From Octopus sinensis (taxonomy: Eukaryota): a stretch of 64,000 bases of DNA. Numbering within the stretch: position 1 is the first letter of the stretch; the number at the start of each line of letters is the position of its first letter. The stretch spans positions 27,094,001 through 27,158,000 of the forward strand of contig NC_043005.1 of NCBI RefSeq assembly GCF_006345805.1. The letters run 5' to 3'. This document shows, one piece after another, positions 52,708 through 64,000 of the stretch. The notes beneath the pieces were generated by a model. The model made no database searches. It was given only the letters and a program-made list of their open reading frames with translations, and had not been told where the DNA came from. Made by a program: the position numbers and the translations under genes.

Positions 52708-53652
52708 CACAGAATGTAAAAAGGAAATAATTCAAATTACAAATCTATCTTTCCATGTGGGCAAAGAGGATAAGACACAGAGAGTAACGTCCCTTGCATA
52801 AGTTGTACTTGTCTACACACAAGTATTTCGTCATGGTAATACCTTTGTCTGAATCGATTTTGTTGCATCATTTAACTTTATACAAAAATAGTCGAAACTG
52901 GTTAAGAAAGAAAGGAAAAAAAAAACAGGAAGGAAAAAGAGAAATACAAACAGGAAATATGTACATTAGTCTTTGACCAGCATAATAGGAACTAAATTTC
53001 CCGCATTAAATGATGTAGTCGTAGACATATTTTGAAATAAAATGAAATAAAATTATTATTCATTAAAACAGGATGTACAGTTCATGAAACGCTTTTGTCT
53101 CGTTGGATAGCAAAAGGTTAACGATAGCAAGAACTAAAGGAATACAATGGTAACGGAATCGGTTGGTGTACGCGCGTACGTACACACACACGATACAATT
53201 CTTTACGGTGACTACGTGTGTATGTATGAATGTGTGTGCAGCATATTTTGTTCCTTCAGTTGCTATATATGTACACACACACATTAGAAACTGAGAGAAG
53301 CTTGCAACGTGTGTGTGTCTGTGCGTGCGTGTATGTTTGTATGTGTGTGTCTGTGCGTGCGTGTATGTTTGTATGTGTGTGTCTGTGCGTGCGTGTGTAT
53401 GAATGTGTGTGTGTTTGTGTCTGCATGTCTTGACATTGTGAGATAATTGTAAAATGTCACTATGATACAAGCAATATCCATTCTGTGAAAACGTGTTTGG
53501 CCACGGGGAAATAATCCCTTACTTGGAAACAGATAAGGGTTGGTGACAGAATGGGCATCCAGCCTCAAGAAATCTGCCTCAAATCTGTCTGTCTAACCTG
53601 TGCAAGTGTTGAAAATTGGTCATTAAAACGATGATGGTGATGATATTTATAT

Positions 53653-53705
<53 letters not shown>

Positions 53706-54789
53706 AATAAATAAAATAAAACATATGCATATATATAAACATATATGTACGTACCTACCTCTACATGTACATATACACGCATATATGAGTACAGGACACC
53801 AAAAAGGACGTCGAACACAATGAGAAACGTAAACATAGACACAAACCAAAGGAACTGGACATTTATGTAAAAACAGCAAAAAATAGAATACAGGACAATT
53901 AACACAAAGAAAAAACCCTTCTTCAGTCGCTAAAGCTTTCATCTACTCTACGTTTCGAAGGATAAAAGCAAGACGTATCTTCGACAGGAAAACTTTCCTT
54001 CCTGCGAAAAGCAAATCAATTAAAATTCTGAGATCTTTTCGCAGAGGGGTAAAAAATGGTAACAACAGGACAGTAACGACAGTGCAAATTGTAAACAGTA
54101 TAAGACAGGACACATATATATGCTTCAGAACAAAAAACAGAAGGCAGAGATAGATGAGGGGAGAACAAGCAAGGTGTATTAGTTTTGACACTCAGGAAAA
54201 ATGGAAGAAGTCTTTGATGTTTCAAGCCTGTGCTCTTCTACAGAGAGGAATGAGGAGAGAAGGGACAGAAAATGTGTCAGGATTAACGATAGTACCTGTT
54301 GAATTTATAGATATAAGTTGTTTAAGAATTCATAAATCAGAAAAATAGACATTTGTGCATGTGTGTGTGTGTGTGTGTGTGTGTGTGATATACAATATTA
54401 ATGGTGATTGATTAATTCAAAGTTTTGTCAGTAGAGGCTTCTCAAAGCAGATTGTTTAGGAAATCATTATCACCTAATCTTTAAAGTAAACTGTCACCAT
54501 TAATTATCATAAATAAAATTATTATTTTATTCATTTTGAATCTATAACCCGAATTGAGTTCTTTATTTTGTACATATTTAATGTACTTAAACACACAAAC
54601 CTATAAAACTAACAATTATGTGCCTACACACATATATTCATACACACATATATAGTGATACATACATACACACACAGATACATACATACACACATACAGA
54701 CATACATGCATGTATACATACTTACACACACACATACATGCATGAATACATACATACACACATACATACATGCATACATACATGTATGC

Positions 54790-55432
54790 ATGCATATAGG
54801 ATGGCTGCCCCCTCATTATTGGGTATGGCCATTGCACGAAGCTTAACTGTTATTGGCGCTGTGATCAAATGTGACTTTTTAGCCCAGCTAAAGATCTACA
54901 ATGTCTTGTACAGAATTGGCAGCTAAAACCTTTACCGGTAATAGCTGGCTGTAGTTGTAACTGGGCTTCATGTACCTTTGCATGTCGTTTAAGTCCTCTT
55001 ACCGAATTACACTCTCTTCCACATGCCTGACAGATATGATTAGTATGGTGTGTAACACCACCACCAGTGGCCAGGTTGTCACTCATCTGTCTTGCTTTAT
55101 GACTATGAAGATGACTCTTGAGTCCAGTTTTACTGAGGCAGGGTCTTGCACAGACACTGCATGTCAGCATCATAGGAAGACCCTTCCCATCTGGAAGTGT
55201 AACAGTAATGCCCTTCCTGACATTTCTCCTTACTTTCTCATGCGCAACTTGAGATTTCTCAAAAGTAGCTGTCCCCTCGTGCACAATCCTTCTCCACCTG
55301 CTACGATCAATAGCTATGCCCTTCCATGTGTCAGGAGAGATGCAAGTATCTCTTAAGGAAGCCTTCAGCAAGTCCTTATACCTCTTTTTTTGGTTTATGT
55401 GGAGGTTGTTCTCCTTTAGCTAACTCTCCATA
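54790..55432 (-). mobile_element. RTE-clade LINE 3' end carrying three C2H2 zinc fingers
   Basis: Reads YGELAKG...KK-YKDLLKASLRDTCISPDTWKGIAIDRSRWR, then CSVCARPCLSKTGLKSHLHSH, CQACGRECNSVRGLKRHAKVH and CQFCTRHCRSLAGLKSHI*. Confidence 0.9.
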
Positions 55433-55853
55433 CATTCATACACATACATACATACATGCATGTATGCATACACAATACACACATACATACATACATACAC
55501 ACACATACATACATACACAGACATACATGCATACTCACACATACATACATGCATACATACATACATACATACACATACATACATACATACACACACACAT
55601 ACATACATACATACATACATACGTACATACATACATAAGTAACAAGGATGTCCCTGACTCAATACATTATGGCCGTTTCAAGCAGCTCCATTTAATCAAT
55701 CAATGAAAACATTACATCAATTTGAAAATTGATCAAATGGAGCCACTTGAAACAGCTGTAATGTTCCTTATTTACATTCTGTAAATAAGCTGTATGGAGT
55801 ATACAGAACTGGCTTGGTATCTCAGTTTAAGTACCTAATTCAAATGAATCTTT

Positions 55854-55921
<68 letters not shown>

Positions 55922-56991
55922 GAACAAAGAAGTATGACTTCTCTCTCTTTTATACATCATCATCATCAACATCCTCATCATCATCAGTATTGTTTAACGT
56001 CCGCTTTCCATGCTGGCATGGGTTGGATGGTTTGACTGAAGTTTGGTGAGCCAGAGGCTGCACCAGGCTCAATCTGATCTGACATAGTTTCTACAGCTTG
56101 ATACCCTTCCTAACACCAACCACTCCAAGAGTGTAGTGAGTGCTTTTACGTGCCACCTGCACAAGGGCCAGTCAGGCGGTTCTGGCAATGACCATGCTCA
56201 AAAGGTGTTTTTTATGTGCTACCTGCATGGGAACCAGTCTGGCAGCACTGGCAACGACCATGCTCAAATGTTGTTTTTCACGTGCCGGTATGGCAATGAT
56301 GGCAACGATCACGCTCGAATGGTGCTTTTATGTGCCACCAGCATGAGAGCTAGTCAGCGGCACTGGCAACAATCATGCTCGGATGGTGCTTTTAACGTTC
56401 CACTGGCACGAGTGCCAATCAAGCGGTACTGTCATCAGCCACATCAGTGATTTTGATTCTGATTTCACTTGCCTTAATAGGTCTTAACAAGCAAAGTTTA
56501 TTGTCCAATGAATGAGGGGTATCCATAAGTGGTCTGGTTACACCCATTAGCATAGGCCACAGGTTATGGTCTCACTTGGCTTGTTCAGGTCTTCTCAAGC
56601 ATAGCATATCTCCAAAAGTCTCGGTCACATTTTAAAATATTGTATATCCTAAATTAGGAATTGATGTGGATAAATGAAGGCAAATATATATTAAAGTTAT
56701 GCATATTTTTATTGAATATGCAACCGAAGCTCATTGTATGTCCTTATTTAAATTAAATTAATTAAAAAAAAAGTTATTTATTTAGTTTGTACATTAAATA
56801 TGAAACTAGTTTTGTATTAACCACACTGCCCTTAGGATAGACTACATTTATATCACTCGCCTTACATCATTTGTCCTTGTTATATTCAAAAACAAAAACC
56901 ATTCAACACGCATGGAGTTTGGTTTTTAAACTGCCCTCCTCCCCGTCTCTATATCTTCATATATGTAGAAATAGATAGATAAATAGATAGA

Positions 56992-57031
<40 letters not shown>

Positions 57032-57770
57032 TAGATTTCTTTATTGACCATGCAGGGCTGAACATAGGAGGGACAAAATACAAAGTGGATCTTTTCTTTT
57101 TGGGAAGAAGAGAAGGAAAAAAAATGGGTCAAATTCCGATCAAAAGGGATGGTGAAAAAAAAAGTGGGCACGATCAATAGGGATCGTAGATAGATAGATA
57201 GCTAGATACATACATACATACACACATAGATAAATAGATAGATGGATGGATAGATAGAGATACATACACACACACACACACGTGCACATGCATGTTGTCT
57301 TGAGCAAATACATCCGTAGTGAAAACACTTTAGTCTTAAAGAGTAGAAGTAAATCTCACTCATGTTGGTGGGGAGGGGTATGGTAAAACACATCCTGCAC
57401 CCTGTGTAAAGTGGTTGGTGTGAAAAAAAGGCATTTAGTCGTAGAACCCTTGCAAGAAAGTGAGATGGGATCCTCTCATCTATCTGCAAGTGCTGTAACT
57501 TTAGATAAGAACTGATTTGAACTGTTATGACTCAACCAACCCATGCCAGCATAGAATGCAGAATGTAATGGGATGATGCTGATGCTGATATATATATATA
57601 TATATATAGACAGAGGGATGGCTGTGTGGTAAGAAGCTTGCTTCCCAATCACATAATTCCAGGTTCAGTTCCACTGCATGGCACCTTAGGCAAGTGCCTT
57701 TACTATAGCCTTGGGCTGACCAAAGCCTTGTGAGTAGATTTGGTAGACGGAAACTGAGAGAAGCCTCTTG

Positions 57771-57851
<81 letters not shown>

Positions 57852-57863
57852 TATATATAATAT

Positions 57864-57895
<32 letters not shown>

Positions 57896-58383
57896 CATGT
57901 AATATGTATGTTTGTATGTATGTATATGTGAATTTGTTTCCCCACTATCACTTGACAACCAATGTTAGTGTGTTTACATCTCTAGTAGCTTAGTGGTTTG
58001 GCAAAAGAGACCGATAGAATAAATACTATTCTTACAAAGAATAAGTCCTGGGGATGATTTGTTTGACTGAAACCCTTTAAGGTGGTGCTCCAGCATGGCC
58101 GCAGTCAAAATGATTGAAACAAATAAAAGAAAGAATTCATGTTATACACTCATGCTCATGTATGCACGTATGCATGTGCATCCGTGTATGCACATGTGTA
58201 TAGCCAATACTCAGAGTACATTGCAATCAATCTTAAAGAGGAAATTTTCACCAAAGTGCTCAACAAATGCTCATAAGAATATAGGGGGTTATGGTATTAA
58301 GTCTATACTGTGAAAGAATAAATGAAAAGAGTAGTTTCATTACTTGGTTTTGAAAAACGTGTGACAATTCTTTTACTCTAGAA

Positions 58384-58600
58384 CAGTGGTTCTCAACCAG
58401 GTCCGTATGGCCCCCTGAGGATTCACATAAAATTTTTAGGGGTCCAAGTAACAAAATAGTAAATTGGGGATCCACAATCATATTTTAGCTCCCCAGAAAA
58501 AAATTGTTTTTAGATGTATGTATTGGTATGTATTACAAGAAACAGCTAAATTTCTTTCTTCACCATTTTACATAGTTCAAACTACACAAATTAATCCTTT
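58384..58600 (+). mobile_element. hAT-Charlie-like element 5' end
   Basis: Begins CAGTGGTTCTCAACC directly after ctctagaa, which fits the NTCTAGAN Charlie target consensus. The other end was not identified. Confidence 0.6.
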
Positions 58601-61600
58601 CGTTACCATATTTCTGTTGAGATGCTATGTGTTCTGTTCAATTACTTTAAATATAACAAAGAATTTAGTAAAATAACTTAGTTATCATTCAGCTAGTGTT
58701 AGGAACATAAATTGTGATTAATGTTTGGTGTGCATTCTCTATCTGTATGATGTGTTGTAGCACAGGGAATTACGTGTTATAGTATTGTATAGCACAGTGT
58801 TATGATATAATGTATTACGTTATACTATGGTTTGGAATAGTGCAGGATATTTGAACTGTCAGAATCCAGGACACCTCCACCAATAGTCACCACAACCCTT
58901 CATAGCAACGTTCAACACTCACTTTGGGCCTTTGGTGTTATTTATCTGTCTGTCTGTCTATTTATTTATCTATCTATCATCTATCTATCTGTCTGTCTGC
59001 CTACCTGTCTACCTGCCTATCAATCTATCTATCTATCTATCTATACACACACACACACACACACAATGTTTTGGTATTAGTGTATGGCGTCAGTCATGGA
59101 TGAGTTTGTGTTTGTTCAGCTCTGTTGGGCAGATGAAAGAATGTAACACACTCATCCACGACGTCATAGACTTTTACCGAAAGATTGCCAAACATACATA
59201 CATACATACATGAAAAAAAAGGACATATTGACCGATGTAGTCCTAGGGTGACCGGTAATAAAGTCACAGAAAAAAAATCACAGTAATAAAGTCACAATTA
59301 ATTTACAGGATCCGGACAAAACTCCGCCGGACAATATTCCTGTGACTTTTTTTCCTGTAACTTTCTTTTATCTGGATTTAGTCCCAGATTTACACAAAAA
59401 GACCCGGGATTAAACAACAACATCGCCAACACAACAAACTACAAGACTCTCACTACCGCCACCACAAACAACAGCAATGAATCATCACCACCATCATAAT
59501 TAATTACAACAATATTAATACTAATGGTTAAAACAGACATTCAGTTTGTAATAATTATTCTGTCAACAAAAATATATTTAACACTGACGACCTTTATTTG
59601 TCGTTCACCGGCGGTGTAAGTATAACATTGAAAACAGCGTGGTTATTTAGAATGTCATTTGAGGATTTTATCTGAGATGAATGATTGATGGCTATATATT
59701 ACTATTGATTCGCTGTATGTAAGTGTAGAGTGTAGGCCGAGTATTCTCTAATACATTGTAATTGGAAAACTCTAAATTGCCAAAAAAAACAGAAGAAAAC
59801 ATGGGTTCAACTTTCACGTGGAAATATCTCACCTGGAGTAGATGTATAATTCACCGCAGGTATGTTTAAAAAAGCAGCCCAAAATACTCTTATAATAATA
59901 GTAATGTTTTCTTTATTTGCCATAAAGGCTACAAATAAGGAGGAAATTATAAAGCTGAAGGACAAACAATATCGGTTTTACACCGAATGTTGAAACCTAA
60001 TAGGAAATACACTATGTAAGGAAACGTATTATTTTCTGTATCTTTTAGGAAGGTTAGTGCCCATGATTTTTCTTCCAGGACCTCCTAGATAGATAGGGTG
60101 TACGGAAGAAGGTATCATCAAACCAGAAACCTTATTCAAATGCTGGCAGTGAAGCGCAGACTCTGCTAAAAGCATTCAAGGTGCCCTATCGTGTTGTTAA
60201 ACCGGATGACGGATTAACTACCTATACGTATATAAATAATAAATAAATTCCCGAGAGGAGATTCGCGGGAGCCTCTTTTTAAGCATGTATTTATCCTTCA
60301 AAGATGTGATTGCTGAAATTAGGTTAAATCATCCACCCCATTCATACCAGCATTTCAGCAGAACTGGAAGAGGTACTACTTAAATACAGAGGTCCCTTAA
60401 CGGTTCTACTTCAGGTGTTACGTACAAAACATTTTAAATGTACGCCGTGTGGACGTGTAATGATACTCTGACCCACCCTAAAAACCAACCCTCCCCTTCA
60501 TATCGTTACCTAGATGCATCGGGACCTCTGTATTTAAGTAGTGCTCTGGAGGGTACAGATTCGTTCCCACACGCTCACATTTTTACAGTAACACTTGGCC
60601 CAGGAAGAAGCTCACTCATTTAACTTTCCAAATACATCCACCTCAATATCATAATATTGCTTTAGTCATCAGACAGAACTCCCCCCACCCGCCACTATGG
60701 TGTTTTAATCCTTGTATTTTTACTTTATCGATCCCTGTGAAGCGATTTCAAGTTACGTCGGCTTCACTTTACCTTCCGGTAACTTGAAATCGTGTTTAGA
60801 TTATCGGGTGGGAAGATAAAATCGATCTCAAATTGTCCCTGGGTGGTAGCTGGAAGGTAATTTTCGTCTTGCCTCAACATTTATTTTTTGCATTTTATCT
60901 CTGTCATTTATGTAGTAGTTGGGGTAGTAGTATGAGTGGCGGTGGGTGGTGAAGTATTAGTAGAGTGGTTAGTCGTAGTTGTGGTGGTAGTAGTAGCAGT
61001 ACTAATATATGACACCAGGCTCAGGCTAACTTAGTGAGGGTGGTGGAGGGTAATATGAAATCAATTTCTGATCCCTGGAAGGGAGCCTGAAAAGGTGTAG
61101 CTTGAACCCTTTACACTAACTACAGCTGTTTGAACTAAGAATGTAGGGAGCTGTAACTAAATACCATGAGGTACTCATATTGGCCAATTACTCCTGAGTT
61201 TGCTATTTTTAATGTCATTAAGAGTCATGACATCATCAATAAAGAAGGGACTAGGGTGTGTTATTGCGTATTGGCACAATCCTCAGTGCTTGACTCCAGA
61301 AAGGTCAAGTTGACCTTGGTTGAAATTGGGGCTCCATTATTCTCTTTTATCCATATTTCTAGTTGAACCAACACAAGAGTTTCTGTAGCATTCTTGGGCC
61401 ACTAGAAAGAGTTATCAAATCTCCCTCAAGTCACATCCAACCCTTGTTTTGTTTAATGTCTATCTTTTGCTTCCTAGCATGACTAAGATGGGTGGAAATT
61501 AGGACAGGATTTTTATGGCTGGATGCATGTCCTGTTGCCAATCTTTAGTCTATTGAATAAGAAACATAGTGACATAGAGATCTGGAAGCAAATGACATTG

Positions 61601-61768
61601 CTTTTGAATGAATCTTTTGTTTGTAAAGTTTGCACAGAATGTCAAGACATGTTAAGAAGCTCGGACATGCTCTTGCAGTTGACTGCAAGCAAGGGATACT
61701 GCCTGTATTGAACGTGGGGCAGTTCTTTGTACTCATTGAACTCATGTGAAGATGAGGAAGAAATATGA

Positions 61769-62045
61769 GGGCACAGGCGTGGCTGTGTGGTAAGTAGCTT
61801 GTTTACCAACCGCATGCTTCTGGGTTCAGTCCCACTGCATGGCACCTTGGGCAAGTGTCTTCTACTATAGCCTAGGCCGACCAAAGCCTTGTGAGTGGAT
61901 TTAGTTGATGGAAACTGAAAGAAGCAACTGATAGAATAAGTACTAGGCTTACAAAGAAAAAGTCTTGGAGTTGATTTGTTTGACTAAAGGCGGTGCTCCA
62001 GTATGGCTGCAGTCAAATGACTGAAACAAATAAAAGCATAAAGAA
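61769..62045 (+). mobile_element. tRNA-derived SINE family A
   Basis: Has an A box (tggctgtgtggtaag), a B box (gggttcagtccc) and a conserved body and tail. Copies lie at about 9813-10140(-), 10225-10575(-), 18995-19330(+), 43656-43820(+) and 57609-58135(+). Confidence 0.85.
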
Positions 62046-62116
62046 ATAACTTACATGCACACACATCATTTAATTGTGTTCAAAAGCTGTTTCACCACTA
62101 ACAAAATTATGAACTA

Positions 62117-62652
62117 CATGTGCGCTGGTGGCACATAAGAGAACCATCCGAATGTGGCCGTTGCCAGCGCCGCCCAGACTGGCCTCATGCCGGTGGCACG
62201 TAAAAAGCACCATCCGTTCGTGGCCGTTGCCAGCCTAGCCTGGCCCCCGTGCCGGTGGCATGTAAAAAAAGCACCATCCATTCGTGGCCGTTTGCCAGAC
62301 TCGTCTGGCACCACCATCCATTCGTGACTGTTGCCAGCACCGCCCCGACTGGCCTCGTGCTGGTGGCACGTAAAAAGCACCATCCGTTCGTGGCTGTTGC
62401 CAGCCTCGCCTGGCACGTAAAAAGCACCATCCGTCCGTGGCTGTTTGCCAGCTCCGTCTGGCACCTGTGCGGGTGGCACGTAAAAAGCACCCACTACACT
62501 CATGGAGTGGTTGGCGTTAGGAAGGGCATCCAGCCGTAGAAACACTGCCAGATTTGACTGGGCCTGATGCAGCCTTCTGGCTTCACAGACCCCAGTTGAA
62601 CCGTCCAACCCATGCTAGCATGGAAAGCGGACGCTAAATGATGATGATGATG
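62117..62652 (+). mobile_element. SINE family B with internal about 60-bp tandem repeats and a (GAT)n tail
   Basis: Ends ccaacccatgctagcatggaaagcggacg..aa(tga)n. Copies lie at about 4285-4595, 6860-7125, 10895-11075, 38280-38600(-), 38845-38960, 42180-42550(-), 43015-43350(-), 43900-44455 and 55985-56630(-). Confidence 0.85.
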
Positions 62653-62667
62653 TGAATTTTATATATT

Positions 62668-62719
<52 letters not shown>

Positions 62720-63564
62720 TATGAAATGCCACATAGATACCTCAACAAGTGGTACCATCTGGACACATCATCACCACATTTACTATTTATACAACATTTA
62801 CTAATTTGTTTTACGGTCTCTCCTACATGTGAGTAGCCATGTAGCTCCTTCCCTTAAGTTTCATAAGCCATGCAAGTTGCATGGCCACCCCATTAATGCT
62901 GTTGGCACAAAGCATCTTTTCCACTCAGTAAAGTGGTTGGTGTTCGGAAGGGCATCCAAATGTAGAAACCATGTTGAAGCTAGCACTGGGGCATGATGAA
63001 GTCCTTGGGCCCATAGGACCCTATCGAACCACCCAACCCATGCCATTATGGAACATGGCTTTTAAATGAAGATGATGGCATATTTTCATCATTGTTTACC
63101 ATCTTTCATGCTGGTCTGAGTTGAACTGTTCAACAGGATCTTACAAGTCAGAGGACAGTGATATACTCCAATGCCTGCTTTTGACATGGTTTATAAAATA
63201 TGGTTATCTTCCTAATTCCAATTAATTTAGAGTGTACAGGGTACTTATTTCATGGCATCAGCACTATAAACACACACACACATTCCATATTTGTATGGAT
63301 CAAACATAATTCATTAATGATATTGTGTAGACGATACATAATCGAACAGTAATTATTTTGTGCTTAATCCGGTTAAGGTGAGCCAAATAAGTGTTTATTA
63401 AAATTCCTACTTTATAAATCCTATCTTGAAAATATTAGAATTTGGTTTGAAGCACCATGGAAGATAAAACAATTTATTCTTAAGGTGGTAGCATGTTGTC
63501 AACTTAATGTGACAGTCCCATGAAGGGAAGAATTTAAATGAAAAACTAAGAATAGTAAATCATC

Positions 63565-64000
63565 ATTTGTAAATCTTTCAGAGAGATTTATGCAGTAGCA
63601 GCACGATAAAGTGATAGTATGTTGTCAACTTAATGTGATAGTCCCATGAAAGGGAAGAATGCTACTGTTATTTGGCCCTAGGAAACACTGTTTCCTGTTG
63701 GACTTGACACATTTCCTGTGTCCTTATGTTTTCAAAGTGGAGACAAGCACCTCTACCCAGCAAAGCCGGCATCCAGAGACTAGTTTCAAAGGCAGATAAG
63801 CATCGACAGCTAGCAAGCCATGCTACTCCAGACTGATGATGAGCAATGACTCTGAAACTAGTCTCTGGATGCTGGCTTTGCTGGGTGGAGGTGCTTATTT
63901 TCCCCTTTGAAAACATAAGGACACAGGAAATGTGTCAAAGCCAACAGGAAATGGTGTTTCCTAGGGCTAAATAACTGTAGCATTCTTCCCTTTCATGGGA
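63565..64000. mobile_element. Penelope-like non-autonomous element forming a long palindrome, running off the window
   Basis: Inverted arms 63642-63788 and 63853-64000 (about 147 bp, around 90% identical by eye) flank a 64-nt spacer holding the hammerhead core. Homologous to 20300-20466 and 16850-17053. Confidence 0.65.
63827..63869 (+). ncRNA. minimal type I hammerhead motif with a GUC site in a palindromic Penelope-like element
   Basis: Reads UCCAGA-CUGAUGA-U-GAG-CAAUGA-CUC-U-GAAA-CUA-GU-C-UCUGGA. It has a 6-bp stem I, palindromic ACUAGU stem III, and predicted cleavage after C63863. The U-U pair at the base of stem II is non-canonical. Confidence 0.7.

Noticed and set aside
53946-53991. 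Hammerhead-like motif on the minus strand (ctgtcga...gaaacgta)
   Set aside because: A6 is replaced by U, and stems I and II pair poorly. At best it is a dead relic.
59240-59410. Short inverted and direct motifs (gtcacag...ctgtgac, ccggacaa twice) suggesting a MITE
   Set aside because: No clear TIR pair or TSD could be defined.

Overview
This is AT-rich, microsatellite-dense eukaryotic DNA. The SINE repertoire, the (TA)n/(CA)n/(CAT)n load and the RTE/Helitron content suggest a coleoid cephalopod, probably Octopus (inference). Most six-frame ORFs are microsatellite artefacts. Two host genes are supported. (1) An uninterrupted TRMT6/Gcd10 gene on the minus strand (52707 to 51203), with a 1-nt frameshift near its 3' end. 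(2) The 3' exons of a plus-strand single-pass membrane protein whose tail carries three PY motifs (13805-13915 and 17725-17972, possibly also 791-840). The rest is mobile DNA: a decayed Helitron with a 69-bp/23-aa STPR-like repeat array, RTE, R4/Dong and CR1-like LINE fragments, Tc1/mariner, piggyBac-like and hAT MITEs, and at least five SINE families. The most notable signal is a set of minimal type I hammerhead ribozyme motifs in two unrelated-looking repeat families. One is a tRNA-headed SINE-like element. The other is a Penelope-like palindromic element with a GUC cleavage site at 63827-63869. Three near-identical tandem duplications and many homopolymer indels suggest residual long-read assembly error. 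Repeat boundaries were read by eye and are approximate unless stated.
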